This document shows positions 14,421 through 27,131 of a DNA stretch of 64,000 nt, piece by piece. The position numbers were made by a program, and so were the translations under genes. Position 1 is the first letter of the stretch. The number at the start of each line of letters is the position of its first letter. The notes under the pieces were generated by a model. It made no database searches. It saw only the letters and a program-made list of their open reading frames with translations, and was not told the DNA's origin. Source of the stretch: Eledone cirrhosa (Eukaryota); contig OZ024749.1 of assembly GCA_964016885.1 (NCBI GenBank), positions 14,632,001-14,696,000 on the forward strand. The letters are read 5' to 3'.

Positions 14421-14787
14421 CCAACACTGTCTCTCTATTCAAAGTCCCCTCTTAATGTAGTCCCTCATAAAAGACACCAACTCTGTCTCTACTTCAGTCT
14501 ACAAACTTCCCTCAAATCACATTTTACCATCTTTACATTCAGAAGTGTAGTTTAGTCCCTAAATACAGAACATAGGAAGGTCATAGTATTGGTGGTAGTG
14601 GTGATGGTGTAGATGGTGGTGGTGATTGTGGTGGTGATGGTGGTGGTGGTGATGGTGGGTGGTGGTGTGGGTGGTAATGTTGTTGGTGGTGGTGATGACA
14701 GTGGTGATGTTGTTAGTGTTGTAGTACAAGGCAGGGGACTGTCCTATGTAAATGTCAACACTGAGACGGACAGACTGGCAGACAGGC

Positions 14788-14818
<31 letters not shown>

Positions 14819-15239
14819 GGGAACAGTTTGATCAAAGGAGAGAACATGTGATGTCATCATTGGTAGGGAGAGCAACATGTCTGGTGGTGGTGGTAAGGTT
14901 GTTGTTGGTGGTGATGGTGGTGGTGTGGGTGGTAAGGTTGTTGTTGTTGTTAGTGGTGGTGGTGATAAGGTGGTTGTTGTTGTTGTTGTTGGTGGTGTGT
15001 GGGTGGTGGTAAGGTCGGTGGTGGTGTGTGGGTGGTGGTAAGGAGGGGGGGCTAATAGTGGTGATGTGGGGAGGGATGATGGTGGTGGTAGTGGTGGTGT
15101 GAGGATGATGGTAAGGGTAATAGTGTATGAGGAGGGGTGACAGAAAACTTTCTTACAAGCTTCTGGAACCTTCTGAGGGACAAATTATTACTGCTGTTGG
15201 TGTTAGTGGAGGTGGGGGAAACTAGGAATACCTCTCAAA

Positions 15240-16740
15240 CTACCCACCACCACCACCACACCACCACCACTTACACTACACCACCACTGCACCACTACAC
15301 CACTACACCACCACCACCACACCACTACCACTACACCACCACCACTACACCACCACTACACCACCACACCACCACCACTATACCACCACCACTACACCAC
15401 TACCACTACACCACCACCACTACACCACCACTACACCACCACCACTACACTACACCACCACCACTACACCACTACCACTACACCACCACTACACCACCGC
15501 CACTACACCACTACCACTACACCACCACCACTACACCACCACCACTACTACACCACCACCACTACACCACCACCACTATACCACCACTACACTACCACCA
15601 CTACACCATTACATAACCACCACTACACCACCACCACTACACCACCACCACCACTACACCACCACCACTACCACTGCACCACTACACCACCACCACTACA
15701 CCACCACTACACCACCACCACCATACCCACTACACCACCACCACCACCACCATACCCACTACACCACCACCACCACCACCACTACACCACCACCACCACT
15801 ACACCACCACCACCACTACACCACCACCACCACTACACCACCACCACCACCACCACTACACCACCACCACCACTACACCACCACCACTACACTACACCAC
15901 CACCACCACTACACTACACCACCACACCACCACCACCACACCACCTGTACACCACCACCACTACACCACCCCCACCCCCACCACTACACCACCACCACCA
16001 CCACCACTACACCACCACCACCACTACACCACCACCACTACACTACACCACCACCACCACTACACTACACCACCACACCACCACCACCACACCACCTGTA
16101 CACCACCACCACTACACCACCCCCACCCCCACCACTACACCACCACCACCACTACACACCACCACACCTATATATATATACAATACCTTCACTTTTAGAA
16201 AATCTCATTAGTAAAACTGATTTTTTTATTCTTACATCTTCAAAGAAAGTCTCTCTCTCTCTCTCTCTCTCCCTCTCTCCCTCTCTCTCTCTCTCTCTCC
16301 CTCTCTCCCTCTCTCTCTCTATCCCTCTCTCCCTCTCTCTCTCTCTATCCCTCTCTCCCTCCCTCTCCTCTCTCTCACTTTCCCATATTCCAATTAATGG
16401 TAAAATATGAGATGTCCACAACCACCTCCACCACCTCCACCTGTTTTACTAAAGTTAACATGATTCCACTAATAAACTCTATAGTCTCTCTCACAGACAG
16501 ACACACAGACAGAGACACACAGACAGACAGTCACACAGACAGTCACACAGACAGACAGACAGACCAGACAGACAGACACCAGACAGGCAGACACAGTCAC
16601 AGACAGACAGACCAGACAGTCACCCAGACAGACAGACAGACACACAGACAGACCAAACACACCAGACAGACAGACACACAGACAGACAGACAGACACAGA
16701 CAGAGAGACACAGACAGACAGACTTAGACAGATACATGTG
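15240..16740. repeat. Compound microsatellite block: (CAC/TACAC)n, (CT)n, (ACAG)n
   Basis: Direct inspection. Confidence 0.9.
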
Positions 16741-17189
16741 TTGACTAACCATCTAAACCCACCACAACAGTTATTGCATCTTCTTACAATAATTGCTGCT
16801 CCCTTTAAACATTACACAATCTATATTTTATATACATATATATATAATACGATATATTAACAAATGGAAACTATATTTATTTCATTATACATATTTCAAG
16901 GACACCAAGTTAAATTATGGTGTGCTTTCATCAGATAAAATATAATATAGAGCAGTTTTTGCGACCATTTCTGTTGGAAGCTCCCGGATAGTGGGGTTAT
17001 AAATTTATTTATACTATTATGTAAATTAGTTTCGGATATTGTTAAATCAGAGTAGATTTAAATAAACCGTTGGGGTATGGAGAAAGAGAGAGAGAAAAAA
17101 GAGAAAAAGAGAAAAAAGAGCAAACCCTAAGAAAAGGAGAAAGAGAAGAGAAAAAAAAAGAAAAGAGAAAGCGATATATATATATATAT

Positions 17190-17400
17190 TGATTTTCGTC
17201 AAATCGGACTGAGGAAACAATGTTTCCATTGGTCTTTCCAATTGCTAATACTATCTATTGGTCGCAACTCCAGGTAGAAGGAGCAATGTGAAATAAAGTG
17301 TCTTGCTCAAGGATATAATGCATCACCCAGTCCAAGAATCGAACTCACAACCTCACAATTGCAAAGCGAATTCTCTAACCTCTCAGCCACACACTTTCAC
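17190..17400 (-). mobile_element. tRNA-headed CORE-like SINE, family B (tail type 2)
   Basis: Reverse complement of 48911-49131; A and B boxes plus GTCCTTGAGCAAGACACTT core. Confidence 0.8.
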
Positions 17401-17580
17401 CATCATCATCATCATCATCAACGTTTAACGTCTATTTTCCACGGTAGCATGGGTTAGACAGGAATTGTCCGACTTGAGGCAAGATTGGTTGGGTGACTGT
17501 GTCTCGCTCGTATAGGACTGTCTGGCAGGTTTTCTACGACTGGATACCCTTCCTAACACCAACCACATTTACTACAGTGT
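17401..17580 (-). mobile_element. SINE 3' tail (type 1) with (GAT)n end
   Basis: Matches 22320-22478 and 52601-52800. Confidence 0.75.
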
Positions 17581-17618
17581 ATATATATATATATATACAC
17601 ACACACATACATACACAC

Positions 17619-17674
<56 letters not shown>

Positions 17675-17800
17675 GAAAATTGAGAGTGTGTAACACTCAA
17701 GTTATCAGATAGGCAGTATATGGTTAGCTCAATGTCTGAAGACAGAGCCGTAATACAATTAACAACAAAGAGCGCTTAGAACATAGGTATATCTTTAATT

Positions 17801-17844
17801 GCTGACAATGTTTCGTCCACACTAAAAGTGGGACTCTTCAGAGC
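17801..17844 (-). ncRNA. Minimal type I hammerhead ribozyme motif (Penelope-like)
   Basis: GCT-CTGAAGA-GTCC(CACTTTTAGTGT)GGAC-GAAAC-ATT-GTC-AGC: complete core, stems I, II and III pair, GUC cleavage triplet. Confidence 0.8.
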
Positions 17845-19203
17845 TTAAAGAGTAGATACAGAGTATAGAAGCATTAACAAATCCAAAACAGAAGAATATA
17901 ATGTGGGGATATCATAAGGTGGGAGGAATTTAAAGTATTGTTCATGTACAAGATAAGGATTAACGAATAAAGGATAAAAAATAAAAAATAAAATCAAGCA
18001 AAAGATAGTGAATATGAGGAATATACTAATACTAATAAGGATACGGATCTAAAATGTTATCACTCACAGTTGGGTAGGGTTATATTATGACCGGCAATCA
18101 TGGAAGCAATGATGTGATTGGTTAACACACAGCTACGTATGCATACACTCACATAAAAGTATACGTATAAGCATGAGCACCCGCATGCACCTACACGCAA
18201 GCACCCATATGCAATACAGAAAGTATACACTAATACAAATAACATATCAAAAACGGTTGGGCTCATACTCCATACTGTGACAAAATATAGCAATAACAGT
18301 AGAAACGATGACATATAACATGGAGGAGTACAATATAAAGAAATGTAATAAATTATAAAAACGTATAAAAATATGGGAACATAAGGACATATAACGGAAG
18401 GAACATACATGGTAGGAAACTCATAAGGAGTACACCGTAATGGATGAGAAATAAACAATAAAGGAATAAGAATATAAAAAGTATAAAATGCATGGTAAAA
18501 AAATATTTTTAAAAGAAGTTAAGAGATAAAAATAGATAAAAACTAGATAAAAAAACTAGATAAAAAATAGATAAAAAATAAAGTAAAATATACACCATAA
18601 AGGAAGGTGTGAATAAAGATGAAACTGGCAAAGCTATAAGTTATCAAGCTATGTGCAACAAGTGATATACGTAGGATATATAAAATATATAAAAGAAACA
18701 TATATATAAGGATATATATATATATCAGTCAAAATAATACATATTTATAAAAATAACTGGGGGTAAATAAGGTAATAAGGATAATATGGATGATAATGAA
18801 GGCATGTAATGATAATAGTAGTATAGGTGTTAGTTTCCTAATATTGGAAATAATGTCAGTAAATTGAGTTAATAAAATAAAATAAAAATAAAAATAAAAA
18901 TTTTTTTAAATACTAATATAAAGTACTCATAATGTTTTAAGAAAATTTAGAAATTATAAGGTGACACTATTATTGATTCATGGTGATATAAGGAATATAT
19001 CAGGAATACAAGAAAATACTTCTGCGTTTACAGATTGACTTTGTTAGTTTCAGAAGATCCTGTTAAGGGTGAAAGCAGCGATTCTTTGCTTAAACTTTAA
19101 TCTGTTATTTTAATAAATATTTGCTCTACGGTTCTTATATATTTGATATATATTTATCCTTATCGAGCCCTCTTTGGATTTTAGTCTTCAAATTTATTAT
19201 TAT

Positions 19204-19255
<52 letters not shown>

Positions 19256-19445
19256 CGGTGCCCCAGCATGGCCTCAGACAGACGGCTGGAATAGGTAGAA
19301 GAGTATATATATGAGAGTGGAGGCGGTAAAAACCAGTTAGACCATTACTCACCAGAGTACTCAATACCTAGGGTAGTAGAGTGGGATATATATATATATA
19401 TATATATATCGGGGAATCAGTGATGCATCAAAACACAATTTATTA

Positions 19446-19538
19446 ACATATTACGTATGTTTCTCCGACGATCAGCTCAAGGTAGAATATATTATAGATC
19501 GAACCTGACTCTGCATTCGCCAGGTCCTCAGATGTGTT
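19446..19538 (-). ncRNA. Hammerhead-like motif with long stem II insert
   Basis: AACACAT-CTGAGGA-CCTGGCGA...TCGTCGGA-GAAAC-ATAC-GTA-ATATGTT; a decayed relative lies at about 52390-52470. Confidence 0.55.
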
Positions 19539-19696
19539 TAGCGTTTTCAAAGCATTTTATCCAACAACTATATATATATATAAATGGAAGTTTAGTAAAA
19601 TCGAAGTTTTGGCTGTGACCAAACTAACGATATACATATATATATATATGGTAATAATAAATATGAATGCCAAAATCCAAAGAGGGCTCGATAAGG

Positions 19697-19752
<56 letters not shown>

Positions 19753-19759
<7 letters not shown>

Positions 19760-20692
19760 GACGTAAATAAGAAAGTTATGAAAATTGACTTACTTACTAA
19801 AATTTCACTCCAACTAATTAGTTTCTGTTAGGGATAAATATGGTTACGGAGTGTATCCATAGAGAAGCCTTACGTCATCAGGGAGTCTATTCTCAGCTAA
19901 GCTTCCAGGCAATGCGGGGACACTGGGAACTTATATAAAAATAATTCAGTGGATGGAAAAAAGCGAGCGGGGCTAGATTCCAAGACATTGAAAAATTCAC
20001 TGCCTACTTGGTCAAGTGGCAAATTCAAAAGAATCAATCACGTGACACTGAGGTTAATCAGCCAGGAGTGGGGGTGCTATTAAGACAGAGCCTAGCCACT
20101 ACTATTAATCACAGTAGTAATTCCGGCAAATTTTGCTCAACAAATAATTTGGAGATAATTATAAAGAATTAGTATATCTACCGACATATGTATACAGATG
20201 CATACCTATGCTAGCAAATATATATGTTTTGTCTTAGTAACTTTGTGGTTCTATGCAAGGGAATGCAGAACAATTATATGAAAGACGTGTCACGTGATTG
20301 ATTCTTTTGAATTTGCCACTTGACCAAGTAGGCAGTGAATTTTTCAATGTCTTGGAATCTAGCCCCGCTCGCTTTTTTCCATCCACTGAATTATTTTTAT
20401 ATAAGTTCCCAGTGTCCCCGCATTGCCTGGAAGCTTAGCTGAGAATAGACTCCCTGATGACGTAAGGCTTCTCTATGGATACACTCCGTAACCATATTTA
20501 TCCCCTTACAGAAACTAATTAGTTGGAGTGAAATTTTAGTAAGTCAATTTTCATAACTTTCTTATTTACGTCTTTCATATAATTGTTCTGCATTCCCTTG
20601 CATAGAACCACAAAGTTACTAAGACAAAACATATATATTTGCTAGCATAGGTATGCATCTGTATACATATGTCGGTAGATATACTAATTCTT

Positions 20693-20696
<4 letters not shown>
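19753..20696. mobile_element. Penelope-like element remnant with inverted pseudo-LTR arrangement, inserted in (TA)n
   Basis: 19753-20048 is the reverse complement of about 20287-20578; 20160-20288 is the reverse complement of about 20568-20696; hammerhead core in the repeated segment. Confidence 0.7.
20449..20529 (+). ncRNA. Type I hammerhead ribozyme motif (antisense copy at 19807-19886)
   Basis: ACTCC-CTGATGA-CGTAAGG...CCTTACA-GAAAC-TAATTA-GTT-GGAGT: 5-bp stem I, 6-bp stem II, palindromic stem/loop III ACTAATTAGT. Confidence 0.7.
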
Positions 20697-20776
<80 letters not shown>

Positions 20777-20915
20777 AAAAAGTATATATAAACCCGTAGA
20801 ACAAATATTTATTATATGAACATATTAAAGTTTAAGCAAAGAATTGCTGCTTTCACCCTGTTATGGGATCTTCTGAAACTCAGTTTAATAATATATATAT
20901 AAGTATATATATATA

Positions 20916-21033
20916 TAGGAAAATGTATGACCCAGACGGCAGAGCTCAAGCTGTTTCTACGGCTATTTCTGAAATAGTCCAGAAATAGCCGTCAAAACGG
21001 CTTTGCTCTGCCATCTGGGTCATACATTTTCCT
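20916..21033. repeat. Hairpin repeat with arms of about 55 bp; dispersed family also at about 19320-19385 and 22500-22650
   Basis: TAGGAAAATGTATGACCCAGACGGCAGAGC...GCTCTGCCATCTGGGTCATACATTTTCCTA. Confidence 0.75.
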
Positions 21034-21264
21034 ATTACCCACTCTACTACCCTAAGTATTGAGTACTCTGGTGCGTCCATCTGGCTCCTTACCACAACTC
21101 CTTTGTTATATCTATCTATCTATCTATCTATATATATATATATAATTATAAGTTTGAGGAACAGACATAAAATTTACCTAATTTTTCTTCTTAGTCCACT
21201 GAAATTAACTAAATAAATAATCAATTAAATGGGGCTAAGTTTAAAATGTAAGTTTGAAGAAATA

Positions 21265-21320
<56 letters not shown>

Positions 21321-21321
21321 G

Positions 21322-21641
21322 CAGAGTGGAACCTTGGTTCATGAACGCCGCTCGTCACAAGCAAATCGGTTCACAAAGAATTTTGCTGAACATAAAATGT
21401 CTCAGTTCATGAACAGAGTCTAATGAACAGACAAGCTGGCAACAACGGTTGGCAACAAGCTGGGAGTATCGGCAGGAAAGTGTCATTTGCTGAATAGTTA
21501 GTTACTATGATGATATCTATTTGTCTTTCACACACAGCCTCTCTCAGCATTGCGTATGGAAAAGTAGATTCAGTTTATGAACCTTTCAGGTGGTGAATGG
21601 CCTTGAGAAATAAATTAAGTTCGTAGACTGAGGTTCCACCG
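21322..21641. mobile_element. Tigger/pogo-like MITE
   Basis: Terminal inverted repeats AGTGGAACCTTGGTTCATGAAC / GTTCGTAGACTGAGGTTCCACCG followed by TA. Confidence 0.55.
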
Positions 21642-21659
21642 TATATCATTTTGTATTAT

Positions 21660-22014
21660 ATAGCTATGGCCCTTTATGTTCTGAGTTCAAATCCTAGTGA
21701 TGTTAGCTTTGCCTTTCACCCTTCCGGGGTCGATAAAATAAAGTACCAGTAACACATTGGGGTAGATTTAATCAACTGCCCCTTCCAAAAATTGTTGGCC
21801 TTGTGCCTAAATCAGAAACCATTATATTTGGATTGGCAGTATCAGTAGAGGGTCAGACACCATGCTTTGACACATAGAGTTACGGCCCTTTCCATTCTGA
21901 GTTCAAATCCCGCCGAGGTCAACTTTGCCTTTCATCCTTACGGGGTCGATAAAATAAAGTACCAGTAATGTACTGGGGTAATTGCTGGCCTTGTGCCAAA
22001 AGTAGAAACAATTA
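21660..22014 (+). mobile_element. Two adjacent SINE family A copies
   Basis: B box GAGTTCAAATCC and core present twice (21660-21823, 21829-22014). Confidence 0.8.
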
Positions 22015-22229
22015 TATTTTATTATATTATGTCACTTTACTGACATATTGATCCCTAGATCACAAATTCAAATCAATGTGATGTATATATATTATGTGAG
22101 GACAATATAGGCCCTTATCTATCTATCTAGTTATCTCTCTCTCTCTTCCCACTCCCACCAACACCACCCTCTCTCTGTAAAGTTGGTACCACAACATCCA
22201 GTCCAAATTAATGAGATCGAGATCAAGAT

Positions 22230-22478
22230 CGTGTAGGTGTTCCGACAAAAAAGACACAGTCCACGCTGTAATGTGGCCATGTAGATAACACGGTAAAAGG
22301 TTCCCAGTCCACACTCTAAATGTGGTTGGTGTTAGGAAGGTCATCCAGCCGTAGAAAACCTGCCAGATAGTCCTATACGAGCGAGACACGGTCACCCGAC
22401 CAATCTTGCCTCAAATTGGGACAACTCCCGTCTAACCCATGCTAGCGTGGAAGATGGATGTTAAATGATGATGATGAT
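22230..22478 (+). mobile_element. SINE 3' part (tail type 1)
   Basis: GGTTGGTGTTAGGAAGG...CCCATGCTAGCGTGGAAGATGGA followed by (GAT)n. Confidence 0.7.
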
Positions 22479-22719
22479 AATAATTATATATAATCGGAAT
22501 GGACACACAAAAAACCAGTTAGACTTTTACTCACAAGAGGACTCGATACTTAGGGTAGTAGAGTGAGTAGTATGAAAAATTTTGGATCCCGATGGCTGCT
22601 AGTTGTTGAAACAGCAGGAGCTCAGCTGTCGGGGTCCTAAATTTTTCATATTGTTGTTATTTTCTCTGTTTCTTAATACATAGGAAATTGTTATGATCCC
22701 AACATCAAAGCTACCACCA

Positions 22720-23270
22720 TGTCCATCTCCATGTCCACCACCACCACAGTCACAACCACCAGTAACCCTACATCCACCACCACCACTACACACACCACTA
22801 CCACTACACACACCACCACCACTACACTCACCACCAGCACCACCACTACATCCCCCACCACCAGCACCACTACATTCACCACCACTACATCCACCACCAA
22901 CACCACCACTACATCCAGCACCACCACCACATCCACCAACACCACCACTACATCCACCACCACCACTAAATCCACCAACACCACTAAATCCACCAACACC
23001 ACTAAATCCACCAACACCACTACATCCACCACCACCATCACTACATCCACCAACACCACCACATCCCTCACCAACACCACTACATCCACCACATCCACCA
23101 ACAACGCCACAAGTAACACCACCACATCCACCACCACCAGTAACAACACCACTACATCCACCACCATCACCACCAGTAACATCACCACATCCACCACATT
23201 CCCCACCACCACCACATCCCCCACCAACACCCCCACATCCACCACTAACACCACCACACCCACCTCCAAC
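22720..23270. repeat. (CCA/ACAT)n low-complexity tract
   Basis: Direct inspection. Confidence 0.85.
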
Positions 23271-23589
23271 AATTATTTTTCAATAACCATTAAATATAAA
23301 GGAAAAAAAAAACAAAAGTTAAAAGAATGTAAATATCTCCAAGAATTTCCATTAACCCTATGTCTAAATTATTAATATGGACGAAATAAGTAGATTCTTT
23401 GTTTTTTCAGTGTAATCAAGGTTAACGAGTATATTGTCTGTAATGATTTTGGTTATGTTATCATCATCATCATCATAGGTCTACATTTGTCCAGTCCATG
23501 TTGGTATGGATTGGACAGACCATTAGAGGCCAAGTCAGTAATTAAAGCTACTATCCTACTAGGTTCAATGGTTTACAACTCAGATATAT

Positions 23590-24075
23590 TTCATTTTGGC
23601 ATGATTTCTCCAGCTGTATGTCCTTCCTAATGTCGTCCTTTTTACAGAGTATACTAGGTGTATTTTATCATGGCATCAACACTAGGGAAGTTGGGATTTT
23701 CTTGACACAACTAAAGACATCTCTATCATTTTGGAATGATTTCTACAGCTGTATGTCCTTCCTATTGCCAACCACTTTACAGAGTGTACTGGGTGTATTT
23801 TATAGCATCAACACTAGAGATGCTGTCTTGTTCTTGACACAACTAAAGAGCCATCTCTATCGTTTTGGCATGATTTCTACAGCTGTATGTCCTTCCTAAT
23901 ACTGACCTTTTTACAGAGTGTACTGGGTGTATTTTATAATGGCATCAATATTGGAGAGGTTGTCTTGTTCTTGACACAACTGAAGAGGCCTCACAACCCT
24001 TATTTGGGCATGGTTTCTTCAGCTGGATGCCCTCCCTAATGTCAACCACTTTACAGAGTGTACTGGGTGTATCAG
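23590..24075. repeat. Diverged tandem array (4 units of about 130-145 bp) of the SINE-tail motif
   Basis: TTTGGCATGATTTCTACAGCTGTATGTCCTTCCTAAT...CTTGACACAACTAAAGA repeated. Confidence 0.75.
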
Positions 24076-24555
24076 CCACAGATTTATCATTAGATAGATG
24101 ATCAGTCATAAGTTATTTATTCAGTCATAGATTCAGTATTACTTCTTACAGTACTAGTGCCATTTTTTCGTATTTTACTGAAAGTCTAAAGTTTAAAATC
24201 CAAAGACTGTCTTGCGCCCAGAGGTTCAGCAGACCAGTGCTTGTCCCAGTTTCTATGGCATTAAGCAACTAAGAGTACAAGACTTCTCCCTGGACAGGAT
24301 ACCAGTCTATCACTGGCTTAAATTCTGTCTCAACCTGGAGGCTCATTAGGCCGTTGCTTATCCTAGTTTTCATGGCGTGAAGCAACTGAGAGTACATGAC
24401 TCCCCCTGAACAGGGCTCCAGTCCATCACAGGGTTAAACCCTCAGATATTGCTGGTACTCATTTTCAGTTGAGTATACTGGAGCAATGTGAAATTAAGTG
24501 ATCTAGGCCTGAATTATACAATAAATTTTGAATTTTTTCCAAAAATTATTTAAAA

Positions 24556-25919
24556 CTAGCTGGCCCGTCCTGCTGGCGCCGGGCTAGGTGTACCAGGATT
24601 TTATCTTTTCAGAAATCCCCCCTACACTCCAGTGCAAAGATACCGCATGCCCTCTTAAGTCGGGGAGGGGGGGGGGGTTAAGGTGCTTTGATGTTGTGTT
24701 GGGTTTGAACAGTTTTTAGGATTCCCCAGTTCAGCAGCCAGTACGCTAAAGAAAATTGATAGTTACAACAATAAAAGCTGAACAGAGAACACATTTTTTA
24801 ACAAACAATAATTTGTACAACCATAATGGAAATTCCAAGTAACAGAAAATATTTAAATTACATTGTTAGAGCCTCAGAGTTTACAATATTTTTTGTTCGG
24901 CCCTCCTGAGTAAAGATGAAGAGATTGTTTGGCGAGCTAACCCTAGAGCATCCTACATACAATTGACCATGGGAGAATCACTGATTTCGTAGCTCGTCTC
25001 GCGGAGAAGATCTGTAGACGTTGATCTCTGGACACTCCTGTCAGGAGCAGGTAAGCTGTAGTGACTTAGAGGCCTACCACCAATCTCCAGGACACTGTTT
25101 TCAAGACAAATGAGCGCCTCATTGAAAACGACATTGTATGTTGCGTTTGGATTGTGTCTGCATGTGCGGTGGAGGATGTCCGCAGCTAGACTTTCACGGT
25201 GGTTGCTCCACATTGCGAGAGGGTCAGCGAGATCGCAGTTGTGCAGCATAATAGCAAAAGGTGTTCGCAGCTGAGAATGGGAGTTTAGCAGCTGCTGCTT
25301 CTTGCAGGGTGAGGTGCCAATTGCTGTCATTGTGTAACATACCACGCATCTGGCAAGCCAAACGGAAAGTGGAACATTGATGGCCATTGATGGTTCTCAG
25401 ATCTTGGAAAGACTGTGGTCCTCTAACCTCGAACAATAACAATGACGATAAACCGTCTGCTTTCGTGAAATAAATAGTTTTTGTTTTTGTGAATGCAAAA
25501 ATATCTGTAAACGAATATATAAATTAAAATAACATTAAAGTTTAAGCAAAGAATCACTGCTTTTACCCTTAACTAAAAAAAATCAGTCTGTGAATGCAGA
25601 AGTAAATATTTTGAAAAACGTTATGTAATGCTATGTATCTATCTAAAATGACAGACGAAGAAAAAGAGGGGAATGTTGTGCAACATCATAAGAAAAAGTG
25701 AGGAATGACGTATAACCGGAAGTGTTGACATTTGAAATTTTAAAGAAGTGAATATTTAAATAACGTCTTTAATCTTTTAACAAAATTCAGTAGACAAAAA
25801 TACCCTCATTTTTTTACTTGGAAAAAGTTATATCTATGGTGCAAATTTGGTGCTGTTTAGTCCAGTCGTTTGGCAGAAAGATTGTTACCTACATACGGCC
25901 GTCAGCTTTATAGTATAGA
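24556..25919 (-). mobile_element. Internally deleted Helitron with both termini
   Basis: 5' A|TCTATACTATAAAG; 3' GC-rich hairpin plus CTAG|T; frameshifted RepHel fragments LLFEVRGPQSFQDLRTING..TFRLACQMRGML and Pif1 motif VI FSHGQLYVGCSRV...TKNIV. Confidence 0.9.
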
Positions 25920-25989
25920 TAAGAAATATTTTGATGAAATTAGCTTTATTTACTTTATCTTGGCCCCTGCTTCACAAACTAAACTAAAA

Positions 25990-26462
25990 CGTACCAGTAA
26001 CCAGTACCTCTTTGGTACACAATGGGTGGGAGGTTGATTATGTATCAGTACATCTGTGGTACACTAAGGGCAGTAGATCTAAGATATACCAGTAATATCT
26101 GTGGTACACGAGGATGGGAGGCAAAAGATATACCAGTAATATCTTTGGTACGCAAGAGGCAGTAGATATTAAAATATACCAGTAATATCTTTGGTACAAG
26201 AGGTGGAAGATAAAAGATATACCAGCAATATATTTGGTACATAAGAGATAGCAGATAAAAGATTTTAACTGTATGCCTTTGGTCCATAATACATGGGAGA
26301 TAAAAGATATACCAGTAATATCTTTGGTACACAAGGGATAGGAGGTTAAAAATATACCAGTAATATCTTTGGTACACAAGGAATAGGAGGTTAAAAATAT
26401 ACCAGTAATATCTTTAACCTATCAAGAGATAGGTTAAAGATATACCAGTACATTTTTGGCAC
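25990..26462. repeat. Diverged minisatellite of about 45 bp (ATACCAGTAATATCTTTGGTACACAAGGGATAGGAGGTTAAAAAT), about 10 copies
   Basis: Direct inspection. Confidence 0.85.
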
Positions 26463-27131
26463 TCAAAGAGTTAGTAATAATTTTTGTATACAAAATTAAA
26501 CCCTTGGTTAAATACCTTTACCAACCCACAATTTTCGTAGTGTGGTGAATACAGCTACAATCCTGACATGACTAAAACCAACCAAAAAGTGGTGGAGCTC
26601 AACTAGGGAAGGGGTTCCCCAACAGGAGTGAGGAGGCTCAGGATTGGATCAGAATTAGATCTTTTTATTCCCCTCAAATATTTTAACATTTTACTTTCTT
26701 GGTAAAAAAAATTTTTTGTCAAATATTTTTATTTAATCAATATATTTTAGTAAATATGAAATTAACAACAACAGCAGCAAAAGAAAACAGGAATAATCCT
26801 GAAATTCGGAAATCAACAATAATTTAATTTGTTTTTAGTTTGTTTTTAAGATATTTGTTTGTGGATCTGTTCTTTGCAGAAGAGAAAAACATTACGCCAC
26901 ACATGGCAGTTGATGAAAGACCTGAAGACTTTAGACATAGCATCATCTGATGCTGCCGATGTGGTACTGTGGTGTAACACACACATATATATATACACCT
27001 ATAACCGTATATATATACACACACACATGTATATATGTGTGTATGTATATATATATTTATTTATTTATATATATATATATATATGAATATATATATTTAT
27101 TTATTTATATATAAATATACATATATACATA

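Noticed and set aside
22691-23375. Mucin-like Thr-rich ORF
   Set aside because: (CCA)n low complexity, open in overlapping frames on both strands.
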